Below the pieces are notes generated by a model that had not been told where the DNA came from, did no database searches, and worked only from the letters and a program-made list of their open reading frames with translations. A program made the translations under genes and the position numbers. 64,000 nt of DNA. It comes from Bacillota bacterium (GTDB lineage: Bacteria; Bacillota; Clostridia; Christensenellales; UMGS416). This document shows, in pieces, positions 18,794-27,886 of the stretch (position 1 is its first letter; each line of letters opens with the position of its first letter). The DNA is taken from the NCBI GenBank assembly GCA_023422005.1, contig JAEZSC010000076.1, positions 5,282 to 69,281 on the forward strand, given 5' to 3'.

Positions 18794-20722
18794 TCATACC
18801 GGCCGTATCACGAAGCGGAAGCGGGCGTCCTGATCATACCACAGCGGGAAGTTCGTGTTCCAAAAGTTGTTATACAGATTGAAGTACACACCGTTGGACG
18901 CGTCGCCGTCGCCATCGCCGAAGGCCCACAGCGCCGGCTCGCCGATGTTCACCAGCGCCGTGTCCAGCGTCTCCAGCGTCAGCTCATCATAATGCAGGCC
19001 GAAGTCGGTCGCGTGCATCTTGATGTTGCCATGCCGGACCACGCGCGCCGGATCGATCCATTCGCCCAGCTTGCTGACCCGGCAGCCGGTGGCCACGGGG
19101 TTCATGCCCAGCCACAGCGCCTCTGACACGCGGCTGGCGGGCTTGCCCCACCACGCGAAATCCAGCAGCACGGCTTCACCCTGGGGCCGCACCCGCAGCA
19201 TCAGGCGCTGGGGGCAGCCGTACAGCCGCGTCGCGTCGGCGCGCACCTCCAGCAGGGCGATGGCCTCCTGGTCGTTGGCATACAGCTCCTGGAGCTGGGC
19301 TCCGCAGCTTTGATAGCGGTCTATGGCTTTCTCCGACCCCAGCTTGTTAAAATCATCAAAGGCCAAATCCCGCAGCTCGGGGTAATATGTCAGGTCCATG
19401 TAGCGCCGGCAGAACTCGTCGGTCTGCTCGCGGGAATAGGCTTCATAGCGGAATGCGCCCAGGCGATGGCTGGCGTCGGCAGCGTGGAAAGCGCCTCTGG
19501 AGAGCGTGGTGAGCGCGCCGTCGCCGTCAAAGCCGATGCTCCAGCCGCCGATGCTCAGCACGGCCTGCGTGTCCTGCACGCGGCGGTATCCGGTTGTATC
19601 CGGCATGGGCACGCTGCATTCGCCGATGGCGCGCTGCGCCTGGTCCCGCGGTTCGCCGTGCAGTGCGTCCACTGCCTGGTCGATGTAGCCTCGCTGCTCC
19701 TGCCAGGATTCTTCCAGCAACTGATAGCCCGGCGTGGGCCGGACCTTCTCAAATTCTGTGCGTACATAATGGTCATGGTCGCGCAGCCGAGACTTGTAAT
19801 CCAGCCCCCAGGTGTGCTCGGCAATGCTCAGCAGCGGCAACTCCACAGCCTCTTTTTGGGGCGCCTGCCACTGGCGGCGCAGGCGCAGCAGCGCCCGGTA
19901 TTGGCTCACCTTGCCCGGGTCCGTGGCCACGCCGTGTATCCAGGAATCACCGATCTCGTCGGTGACAACGGGCAGGCTGTCACGGATGCGCCGGATGGCC
20001 GGCACGATGTCGTTGAGGGTGCCGGCGCGCAGCACGGCCTGCGGGTGCTCTTGGCGCATCTGCTCATACATCTGGCGGATGGGCTGCGCCGACTGGGGGC
20101 CGTTGTTGTCGCCGGTGTGGGCAAAGCAGATGGCCAGGCCCGTGCCGGGGATCTCGGTGTAGCGCCCATAGCCAAAGTTGTACATCATGACGATCTCTTC
20201 GCCGCCGGGGGCGCGCCACCGGAACAGCGGCGGTACCTTGGGAGATACCGAGACCGGGTTCACGCCAATGTGAAGAAATTCGATGCCCGCGCGGGCCAGC
20301 AGCGGCACGATGGCCCTGGTGTGGCCGGGCACATCGGTGAGCTTGGCGGCCACGGTGTGCTTGCCAAAACGCTGGTCCAGCCCTTGAGAGATGCTCAGGC
20401 CATACTCGAAGAGTTCCCGGTCCATAAGCTCCGTGTGGGTCGTGAAGGGCAGCCCATGCCAGGCGATGTCCCCGGCCTCAATGGCGCGCTCCATCTCGCG
20501 CCGGCCTTCGGGTTCGGCGCTGCGCAAGTATTCGTCCACGAGCCACGAGCCCGTGGTCCAGATAAAGCGCTCCTGGCCCTCCTCCCGCAACTCCCGCGCC
20601 AGCTTCATGGCCTGGGGGATATAGGATTGGATGTAGCGCTCCCGCACGTTCTTCGCAAAGTCCGTATAGCCGATGTCCAGATGGGTTTTGAACAGGAAAA
20701 GGATCTCTTTGATGGTACTCAC
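18794..20722 (-). CDS. DUF5054 / GH38-N-like putative glycoside hydrolase
   Basis: The N-terminal FKTHLDIGYTDFA motif is characteristic. The best start is GTG 20722, preceded by AAGGGG with a 6-nt spacer. The ORF-track start at 20761 is a TTG without an SD. Confidence 0.55.
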   Translation of the reverse strand: MSTIKEILFLFKTHLDIGYTDFAKNVRERYIQSYIPQAMKLARELREEGQERFIWTTGSWLVDEYLRSAEPEGRREMERAIEAGDIAWHGLPFTTHTELMDRELFEYGLSISQGLDQRFGKHTVAAKLTDVPGHTRAIVPLLARAGIEFLHIGVNPVSVSPKVPPLFRWRAPGGEEIVMMYNFGYGRYTEIPGTGLAICFAHTGDNNGPQSAQPIRQMYEQMRQEHPQAVLRAGTLNDIVPAIRRIRDSLPVVTDEIGDSWIHGVATDPGKVSQYRALLRLRRQWQAPQKEAVELPLLSIAEHTWGLDYKSRLRDHDHYVRTEFEKVRPTPGYQLLEESWQEQRGYIDQAVDALHGEPRDQAQRAIGECSVPMPDTTGYRRVQDTQAVLSIGGWSIGFDGDGALTTLSRGAFHAADASHRLGAFRYEAYSREQTDEFCRRYMDLTYYPELRDLAFDDFNKLGSEKAIDRYQSCGAQLQELYANDQEAIALLEVRADATRLYGCPQRLMLRVRPQGEAVLLDFAWWGKPASRVSEALWLGMNPVATGCRVSKLGEWIDPARVVRHGNIKMHATDFGLHYDELTLETLDTALVNIGEPALWAFGDGDGDASNGVYFNLYNNFWNTNFPLWYDQDARFRFVIRPV

Positions 20723-20934
20723 TGCGTTCCCCTTTCGGTATATAATGAGTGTGCTATCCAAGCGGTATCATTATAATCAGGCGTGCCTCTTGCCCATATC
20801 ATAAAAAATTCAGAAATATATAACATAAACGTGAAATATATCAAATGCCCGGCCGGTGTAAAATTGTATATAATAGTCGAAAGAACCCGCTGGGGCAGCG
20901 GCGAAGTGCCCGTGTGATCGCAAAGGAGGGAAGA

Positions 20935-21714
20935 ATGGTTCAGGTTGTCGTCGTTGACGACGAAGAAATTGAGCGCAATGGGCTGGAATTCCTGCTGCAG
21001 CGTTGCGAGCACCCGATGCAGATCCATAAAATGTGCAACGGCAGCGAGGCGCTGGAGTTTCTTCGGCGGCGGCGAGCAGATCTCGTCATCACCGACATCA
21101 AGATGCCTTTTATGGATGGTCTGGCGCTGTGCCGTGAAGCGAGAGCCCTCTATCCGGACATCCATCTGTTGATTTCTTCCGGCTACGGCGAGTTTGAGTT
21201 CGCTCAGCAGGCAATACAGGCCAAGGTGGACGATTACATCCTCAAGCCCGTGATCGTGGATCACTTCTATCGCACCGTCGAGGGCATCATCAGCTCGCTG
21301 CAGGAGGACCAGGCCAAACAGCGCAGGAGCATCCCCCGGCAGCAGGAGGCCGCGCTGCCCGAAGACGAGCAGGACACCGCCCGCAAGAAGGCCATTCAAC
21401 TGGCCATGCAGCTGATCCGAGAAAACTACCACCGGGACATTAGCCTGGAGTGGATTGCCCAGCAGATTTATTTGTCTCCTGGGTACTTGAGCGGCCTGTT
21501 TCACAAGGAGACCGGTCACAGCGTAATACAATACATCACGCTGTGCCGCATGGAGAAAGCCAGAGAGTATCTGACACAAACCAACATGAAGATTGTGGAC
21601 ATCGCCCGGCGCGTAGGTTACAGCAACTCCTCGTACTTCTGCCTGCAGTTCCGCAAGTATTACGGCGTGACCGCTGTGCAGATGCGCGAAGGAAAGGACG
21701 CCGACGTCGGATGA
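20935..21714 (+). CDS. Two-component response regulator, REC + AraC HTH (YesN-like)
   Basis: The REC domain contains VVVVDDEEIE ... DLVITDIKMPFMDG. The C-terminus is an AraC-type HTH. An AAGGAGGG SD is present. Confidence 0.9.
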   Translation: MVQVVVVDDEEIERNGLEFLLQRCEHPMQIHKMCNGSEALEFLRRRRADLVITDIKMPFMDGLALCREARALYPDIHLLISSGYGEFEFAQQAIQAKVDDYILKPVIVDHFYRTVEGIISSLQEDQAKQRRSIPRQQEAALPEDEQDTARKKAIQLAMQLIRENYHRDISLEWIAQQIYLSPGYLSGLFHKETGHSVIQYITLCRMEKAREYLTQTNMKIVDIARRVGYSNSSYFCLQFRKYYGVTAVQMREGKDADVG

Positions 21715-23414
21715 AAAGGTGGGGCCGCTTCTTCCACAATCTGCGCTTCAAACAGAAGCTGCTGCTGTCCTACTCCATCGTCGCGCTGATCCCGCTGATC
21801 TCATGGAGCCTTTACTCCTACCAGCAGACCAACGCGTCGCTGCGGGTGCAGACGGGCATACGCTTCCAGGAGATTATCGGAAACGCCAGGGACAACCTGC
21901 AAAGCCGGGTCCGCAAGATTGAAAACGCCTTTGCGCTGATCGCCCGGGACCCTTCCATCGGTCAGATCATCAACAACCAATATCAAAGCAGCTACCGCAA
22001 GTATTACGACGTCACCCAGAAGTTCGACCCCATGGCCAACACGCTGCTGGGCTTGAACCCTGAGGTGGAATCCATCGATATCTACACGACCGGCAGCATC
22101 AAGTCGGCGCGGATGAACTTTTTGGACCTGGAGGAGGCGCTGCGAACAAAGGAGCGCCTGCGGCAGCTCAACAACACCGACATGACGTGGTTTCTGGACG
22201 GCGGCACGCTGACCTTGGCACAGAAGGTGTACAGCATCGACGACCCCCGCAAATACGCGATCCTCGCCCTGAAGGTCAAGTATGACGCTTTTTTCTCGGA
22301 AGCCGTTCCGGGCAATCTGGACAATTATGGCATCCTCGTCGAGGACGCTTCCGGCCAGATCCTCTTCCGGGAGGACGGCATGCACAACCGGCCCGATCTG
22401 GGGCAATTGAGCCTGGAGGAAATCCGCGCCCTATGCAACAGAACCGAGGACATGCTGCTGGAGAGCCAGAGCATTGCTCCGCCGGGCTGGACCATACACA
22501 TGTACATGGACATCAACGCCATTCTGGTGTCGCCTAAGTCCGCCGTCTATTCCACGGCGATCATCATAGGGGTCTCGCTGCTGCTGATCCTGGTCGTCAT
22601 CGTTCTGTTCTCCAAGACCTTCATCAAGCGCATCAGCGCGCTGAACACATCGCTGGCCAGCGTGGTCAGCAGCCGGTTCACCGTGGACATCTCTTCGGAT
22701 TACCGCGACGAGATCGGGGAAATCACCAACAGCGTGGGCGCCATGGTCCAGGAGACCCGCGAGCTGATCCACGAGGTGTATGAGAGCCGTCTGCTGTTGC
22801 GCGAGGCCGAGATCAAGGCGCTGCAATCCCAGATCAACCCGCACTTCCTCTATAACACGTTGTCGGCCATTAACTGGCAGGCCATCAAGAGCGGGGACAT
22901 GGGCATCTCCAACATCATCACGACGCTGTCCACGTTCTACCGCACGATCCTCAACAAGAACAACAACGTGACGACGGTGCGCGCGGAGCTGGAGAACACC
23001 ACCGCCTATCTGACGATCCAGCGCAACATCCACAGCAATTCCTTCGACTACTCATTCGATGTGGACGAAGCCGTGCTGGATTACAACATGCCCAACATCA
23101 TTCTGCAGCCCATCGTGGAGAACGCCATTGAGCACGGCATCGACTGCAAGAACGACGGCGAGCGCGGCACGATCACCATTCGCGTGCGCGCCAGCGGCAA
23201 CGACATCGTATTTGATGTGATCGACAACGGCATGGGCATGAGCGAGGAGAACATCCGCGACGTGCTGGTAAACAGCAAAAAGGGATATGGCGTCAAGAAC
23301 GTCAACGAACGCCTGCAGCTGTTCTTCGATAAGGACTACGGCTTGACGCTGCAGCGTGTGCAGCCCCACGGCACCCGGGCGACGATCCGCATCCCTAAGT
23401 ATATTCACGTATAG
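21711..23414 (+). CDS. Sensor histidine kinase (YesM-like, His_kinase + HATPase_c)
   Basis: The ATG overlaps the response regulator stop (ATGA). The protein has two TM segments flanking a sensor domain, the H-box QINPHFLYNTL, and the G-box DNGMGM. Confidence 0.9.
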   Translation: MKRWGRFFHNLRFKQKLLLSYSIVALIPLISWSLYSYQQTNASLRVQTGIRFQEIIGNARDNLQSRVRKIENAFALIARDPSIGQIINNQYQSSYRKYYDVTQKFDPMANTLLGLNPEVESIDIYTTGSIKSARMNFLDLEEALRTKERLRQLNNTDMTWFLDGGTLTLAQKVYSIDDPRKYAILALKVKYDAFFSEAVPGNLDNYGILVEDASGQILFREDGMHNRPDLGQLSLEEIRALCNRTEDMLLESQSIAPPGWTIHMYMDINAILVSPKSAVYSTAIIIGVSLLLILVVIVLFSKTFIKRISALNTSLASVVSSRFTVDISSDYRDEIGEITNSVGAMVQETRELIHEVYESRLLLREAEIKALQSQINPHFLYNTLSAINWQAIKSGDMGISNIITTLSTFYRTILNKNNNVTTVRAELENTTAYLTIQRNIHSNSFDYSFDVDEAVLDYNMPNIILQPIVENAIEHGIDCKNDGERGTITIRVRASGNDIVFDVIDNGMGMSEENIRDVLVNSKKGYGVKNVNERLQLFFDKDYGLTLQRVQPHGTRATIRIPKYIHV

Positions 23415-23508
23415 TACGGATTCTTTTTACATGTTTCTGAGATATTTGTGATTGCGACCCGCGGCAGCCGGGCTCAGAATGGTACCATCCCCGACTGTGA
23501 GGTTTCCG

Positions 23509-24603
23509 ATGGACAAGCATCTGTATGGCAACTCTTTGGACACGCTGTTTATGATGAAGGACTGCAGGAGCCGCCGGGTTTCCAGCTACGACCGCACCGG
23601 CGGCAACAAAGACTGGATCACCATTGCGCCGGGAGAGAACATCGCCTTCGCCCAAATCGAGGGCTGCGCCATCGTGCGCCACATCTGGTGCACCGTGGGC
23701 AGCGAGGACCCGCTTTACAAGCGCAAGGCAGTGATGCGGGTCTTTTGGGACGGCGAACCCGAACCCAGTATCGAAGCGCCCCTGGGTGATTTCTTCGGCA
23801 TGGGCCATGGCGTCACCAAGAACATCGTCTCCGAGCCGCTGTGCATGAGCCCTCAGGGCGGCGGCGGGTTCACGTGCTATTTCCCGATGCCCTTCCGCCA
23901 GGCGGCGCGCTTTGAACTGCTCAACGAGTGCGCCTGCCCCATCAATTTCTACTTCTATGTGGACTACGAGACATATAATTCGCTGGGCGATGACGTGGCA
24001 TACTTCCACAGCCAGTGGCGCCGGGAGCGGGACACCCAGGGTTGGGCGGACCCGAACCGCAGCATACTGCAGGACAAGGCCAATGAGCCCGGCTACCCCG
24101 ATTGGTTCCCGAAGCTGTGGCTCACGCCCAACCGGGACGGCCAGGGCAACTATGTGATAATGGAAGCCCAGGGCAGGGGCCACTACGTGGGCTGCAATCT
24201 GAGCATCGACTGCGTGAGCCGGCAGGCCCATGACTGGTACGGCGAAGGCGACGACATGATCTTCATCGACGGCGACCCGCTGCCCACGCTCCACGGCACG
24301 GGCACCGAGGATTACTTTAACACCGCCTTTGGCCCCAGCGAGGAATACTGCGCCCCGTGGCACGGCATTACGCTGAACAGCGGAAACAAGGACTGGCGCT
24401 GGCAGGGCAAAAACGCGATGTACCGCTTTCACATCCCGGACCCTATCCGCTTTGAGCGCTCCATCCGCGTGACCATCGAGCACGGCCACGCCAACAAGCT
24501 GTCCAACGACTATGCCAGCACGGCCTATTGGTATCAGACCGAACCCCATATGCCTTTCCCGGCGCTGCCCGCCGTGGAGCAGCGTCTGCCGCAGACGCCC
24601 TGA
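23509..24603 (+). CDS. DUF2961 / GH172 family protein
   Basis: The motifs SSYDRTGGNKDW, IWCT and APLGDFFGMGHG match DUF2961 as I remember it. The ORF was trimmed to ATG 23509. Confidence 0.75.
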   Translation: MDKHLYGNSLDTLFMMKDCRSRRVSSYDRTGGNKDWITIAPGENIAFAQIEGCAIVRHIWCTVGSEDPLYKRKAVMRVFWDGEPEPSIEAPLGDFFGMGHGVTKNIVSEPLCMSPQGGGGFTCYFPMPFRQAARFELLNECACPINFYFYVDYETYNSLGDDVAYFHSQWRRERDTQGWADPNRSILQDKANEPGYPDWFPKLWLTPNRDGQGNYVIMEAQGRGHYVGCNLSIDCVSRQAHDWYGEGDDMIFIDGDPLPTLHGTGTEDYFNTAFGPSEEYCAPWHGITLNSGNKDWRWQGKNAMYRFHIPDPIRFERSIRVTIEHGHANKLSNDYASTAYWYQTEPHMPFPALPAVEQRLPQTP

Positions 24604-24633
24604 TCGGTACACCGATTTCCCATTCTATATGAT

Positions 24634-24670
24634 GAAACGGCTGCCGAGACTTGTGCCCGACAGCCGTTTC
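24634..24670. repeat. Hairpin copy 1 (AAACGGCTGCCGAG ... CCCGACAGCCGTTT)
   Basis: This lies 31 nt after the GH172 stop. Both 14-nt arms are identical to those of copy 2, which sits 198 bp downstream. Only the loop differs. Confidence 0.55.
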
Positions 24671-24698
24671 AGCGTGTTGACAAGGTCAGCTTCCTTGG

Positions 24699-24804
24699 CT
24701 TCCCCTCGGAGGGGAAGCTGTCGCCGTAGGCGACTGATGAGGTGGTATTTCTAGCTTAGAACACCTCATCCGGCGCTTCGCGCCACCTTCCCCTCCAGGG
24801 GAAG
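24699..24804. repeat. Structured GC-rich element made of five consecutive short hairpins
   Basis: The five hairpins are CTTCCCC-tcgga-GGGGAAG, GTCGCC-gta-GGCGAC, TGAGGTG-17nt-CACCTCA, GGCGC-ttc-GCGCC and CTTCCCC-tcca-GGGGAAG. The first and last hairpins use the same stem. Confidence 0.5.
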
Positions 24805-24831
24805 GCATTCGGTAACTATTTGCCGATAGTC

Positions 24832-24870
24832 TAAACGGCTGCCGAGGTTGATCCCGACAGCCGTTTTTGG
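24832..24870 (+). terminator. Hairpin copy 2 followed by a T-run (likely the real terminator of the GH172 transcript)
   Basis: The sequence is AAACGGCTGCCGAG-gttgat-CCCGACAGCCGTTTTTGG. Confidence 0.55.
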
Positions 24871-24892
24871 CTTTGTTGCAGTTGCTCTTTGT

Positions 24893-26059
24893 TTAGCGTG
24901 TACCGTAAGTTCCGGATGTATCAGCGACGACCGATTGCACGTTCTCCTTGCGGCGGGAGGTTTGCACGCGCTTCATCAGTTCCTCGTAATACAGCTTCTC
25001 ATCCAGCGGCAGCGTAACCGGCCGGCCCAGCCACGCCGACAGGTGCATGGCGTTGGAAAGGGTCAGGCCGTTGATGCCCTCCTGGCCGCCGGCCACCAGC
25101 GGCTCGCCGCGCAGTATCGCCCCGGCGAAGGCGTTGAGCACGCCCACATGCTGTAAGGATTGCCCGTCGGTGGGCACGTCCTCCTCGATGATTTCCGGCC
25201 GGCCGAAGGGCACCGTGTTGGTTCGGGAGAATTCCGGCTCCGGCGTACCCAAGCGCCACAGCTTCAGCTTGCCACCCTCGGCCACCAGCTTGCCGCCGTC
25301 CAGCGTAATCTCGAAGCGGTTGGAGCCGGGCACATCGCCGGTGGATGTCACGAAGGTGCCCGTGGCGCCGTTCTCGTACTCCACGTAGGTCGTTACGTCG
25401 TCCTCCACCTCGATGTCGTGCCATTTGCCAAAGTGCAGATGGGCGTCCACCTTGACCGGCAGGCCGCAGATCCACTGCCACAGGTCCAGGTTGTGGGGGC
25501 ACTGGTTGAGCAGCACGCCGCCGCCCTCGCCGGACCACGTGGCGCGCCAAGCGCCCGAATCGTAATAGGCCTGCGGCCGGTACCAATCGGTGATGATCCA
25601 GCTGGTGCGGCGGATGGCGCCCAGCTCGCCACTCTTCACGATCTCGCGCATCTTGCGGTAAACGTGGTCGGTGCGCTGGTTGAACATCATGCCGAACACG
25701 ACGCTGGCCTTGGCCGCCGCCTCGTTCATCTGGCGCACCTGGGCGGTGTATACGCCGGCGGGCTTCTCCACCATGACGTGCAGGCCGCGCCGGAAGCCCT
25801 CCATGGCGTAGCGCGGGTGGTCGTAATGGGGCACCGACACCAGTATGGCGTCTATGAGCCCGCTGTCCATCATCGCTTCCGCGTTGTCAAAACAGGGGAG
25901 ATCGTCGCCCAGCACCGAGCGCGCCCAGACCAGACGGTCGGGGTTGATGTCGGCCACCGCCGCGACTTGAATTTCTGGGCACTTGTCGGCCACGATGTTG
26001 CCGATGTGGCCGGAACCCATGTTGCCCACGCCGATGATGCCCAAACGTACCTTATTCAT
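24893..26059 (-). CDS. Gfo/Idh/MocA family oxidoreductase
   Basis: The product starts MNKVRLGIIGVGNMGSGH. An AAGGAGGA SD is present. The ORF was trimmed from 26077. Confidence 0.85.
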   Translation of the reverse strand: MNKVRLGIIGVGNMGSGHIGNIVADKCPEIQVAAVADINPDRLVWARSVLGDDLPCFDNAEAMMDSGLIDAILVSVPHYDHPRYAMEGFRRGLHVMVEKPAGVYTAQVRQMNEAAAKASVVFGMMFNQRTDHVYRKMREIVKSGELGAIRRTSWIITDWYRPQAYYDSGAWRATWSGEGGGVLLNQCPHNLDLWQWICGLPVKVDAHLHFGKWHDIEVEDDVTTYVEYENGATGTFVTSTGDVPGSNRFEITLDGGKLVAEGGKLKLWRLGTPEPEFSRTNTVPFGRPEIIEEDVPTDGQSLQHVGVLNAFAGAILRGEPLVAGGQEGINGLTLSNAMHLSAWLGRPVTLPLDEKLYYEELMKRVQTSRRKENVQSVVADTSGTYGTR

Positions 26060-26069
26060 GCGGTCCTCC

Positions 26070-26831
26070 TTACGCAAGGCCTCTGGCCTTCAGATATTCA
26101 AAGCTGCGGCGCAGGCACTCGAAGGGGTCTTCGCCGCCGCAGTCGTCCTGTTCCACGAGCACATACTGGGTGCCCGCGTCCGCGCAGGCGCTCAGCACCT
26201 CGTCAAAATCGATGTTGCCCTCGCCGACCACGGCCATGCGCTGCTTGTTGTCTACGATGGCCATGTCCTTGAAGTGCACGCAGGGCACGCGGCCGGCCAG
26301 CCGGCGCACCCACTGGGCCGGGTTGCAGCCGCCAAACTGCACCCAATAGGTGTCCAGTATGAATGTCAGATCCTCTGGCGGGAAATCCTCGGCCATGCGC
26401 TCCAGAATCAGCTTGCCGCCGTAGCGGGCGAACTCGAAGTGGTGGTTGTGATACCCCAGATGCATGCCCAGCTGCCGCAGGCGGCCGGCCACCGGCACAA
26501 AGCGGTCGCGGAAGGCCTCGTAATCGGCCAGGCCGCCGGCGAAGGCGCCCGGCGCGCTGCCGATGCCCACATGCTGGCATCCAAAGAGCTTGTGCTCCGC
26601 GGCCACGGCATCGGTCTCGTCGGCGATGCGGTTGGGCGCCGTGTGGGTCAGCGCGCAGGTCAGGCCGTTCTTGCGCAGCTCTTGGGCCAGCCAGCCCGCC
26701 TCAAAGGGGCCCGTGCCCGAAACCTGCACCACTCGATAGCCGATGTCGGCCACCCGGGCCAGTGTCCGCGCCAGCTCTTCCGGCGTTTTCGTAAACTCCC
26801 GCACGGTAAACAGTTGTGCTCCGACTACCAT
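26070..26831 (-). CDS. Sugar phosphate isomerase/epimerase (xylose-isomerase-like TIM barrel)
   Basis: The pattern HLGYHNHHFEF ... DTYW ... VHFKD is typical of AP_endonuc_2-fold proteins. A GGAGGG SD precedes ATG 26831. Confidence 0.85.
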   Translation of the reverse strand: MVVGAQLFTVREFTKTPEELARTLARVADIGYRVVQVSGTGPFEAGWLAQELRKNGLTCALTHTAPNRIADETDAVAAEHKLFGCQHVGIGSAPGAFAGGLADYEAFRDRFVPVAGRLRQLGMHLGYHNHHFEFARYGGKLILERMAEDFPPEDLTFILDTYWVQFGGCNPAQWVRRLAGRVPCVHFKDMAIVDNKQRMAVVGEGNIDFDEVLSACADAGTQYVLVEQDDCGGEDPFECLRRSFEYLKARGLA

Positions 26832-26993
26832 AATATCCCTCCGCTTTCGCATCCAGTATACAGAAGATGCACACCGGCGCAAAGATACAAATAAAATACC
26901 ATAGATAGAAATACAATCACATTGCAATAAATGCACAAATACATTGCAAAATGCTCATGGCGTGGTATGCTTTCGCTTGTGAGGAGAGCTTTC

Positions 26994-27827
26994 ATGCCCA
27001 CGCTTTTCATGTACCGCGACAGCGGCCTGTACGCGCACCATACGCTGGACCAGCATCCCCGCGATTATGCGATGCACGCCCATGACGTTCATGAGCTCTA
27101 TTGCTTTTTGGCCGGCCAGGGCAGCTATTATGTGGAGGGCCATGAGTACCCGCTGAGCCCCGGGTGCATCCTTACGCTGCAAGCAGGGGAGGCCCATTGC
27201 CTGCACATCTCCCCGGAACAGCCCTACGAGCGCCTGGCCATCCATTTCGCGCCGTCACTGCTGGATGGCATCGACGCCGACCGTGCGCTGCAGCGGCCTT
27301 TTGTGCAGCGGCCTCTGGGCTTGAACAATCTCTACCGCCCGCAGACTCTGCGTCAGGACCTGGTGCAGGCCTATTTGCAGCCGCTGCTGGAGGCCCGGGA
27401 TCAGCACAGCGCCGGCGACCGGCGGCTGCTGGTGCTCACGGCGCTGCTGCCCATGTTGTATGAGCTGTCCCGGTGCTTCCACCGCCTGCAGGACGAGGCC
27501 GGTACGCCTCAGAACATCATGGTGCAGGTCATCGCCCATCTGAATGCCCACCTGAACGAAACCCCGACGGCGGACGAGCTGGCCCGGCGGTTCTATGTGA
27601 GCAAGACCTATCTGAACCGGCATTTCCAGCACGTCACCGGCTCCACGGTGCGTGAGTACATCCTGACCAAGCGGTTGATGCTGGCACGCCAGCGCATCCG
27701 CGGCGGCGTGCCGGCAAGCCAGGCCGCCGACGCCTGCGGCTGGAGCGACTACTCGTCCTTCTACCGGCAGTACCGCGCCCGGTTCGGCGTGTCTCCCGCC
27801 CAAGACAAGCGGGCTGCCAGGGGTTAA
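26994..27827 (+). CDS. AraC family transcriptional regulator (cupin + HTH)
   Basis: The N-terminal cupin region contains HAHDVHELY and EAHCL. The C-terminal double HTH contains SDYSSFYRQYRARFGVSP. The gene is divergent from the TIM-barrel gene. Confidence 0.85.
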   Translation: MPTLFMYRDSGLYAHHTLDQHPRDYAMHAHDVHELYCFLAGQGSYYVEGHEYPLSPGCILTLQAGEAHCLHISPEQPYERLAIHFAPSLLDGIDADRALQRPFVQRPLGLNNLYRPQTLRQDLVQAYLQPLLEARDQHSAGDRRLLVLTALLPMLYELSRCFHRLQDEAGTPQNIMVQVIAHLNAHLNETPTADELARRFYVSKTYLNRHFQHVTGSTVREYILTKRLMLARQRIRGGVPASQAADACGWSDYSSFYRQYRARFGVSPAQDKRAARG

Positions 27828-27886
27828 GGTTAAGCGGAGGATGTGGGGAGGGGCCTGGCTTTGGATTGACCGCCACAGCCTGCCCC

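Noticed and set aside
24677-24682. A perfect TTGACA hexamer in the GH172 downstream region.
   Set aside because: No -10-like hexamer lies 16-19 nt downstream on that strand, so it is probably fortuitous.
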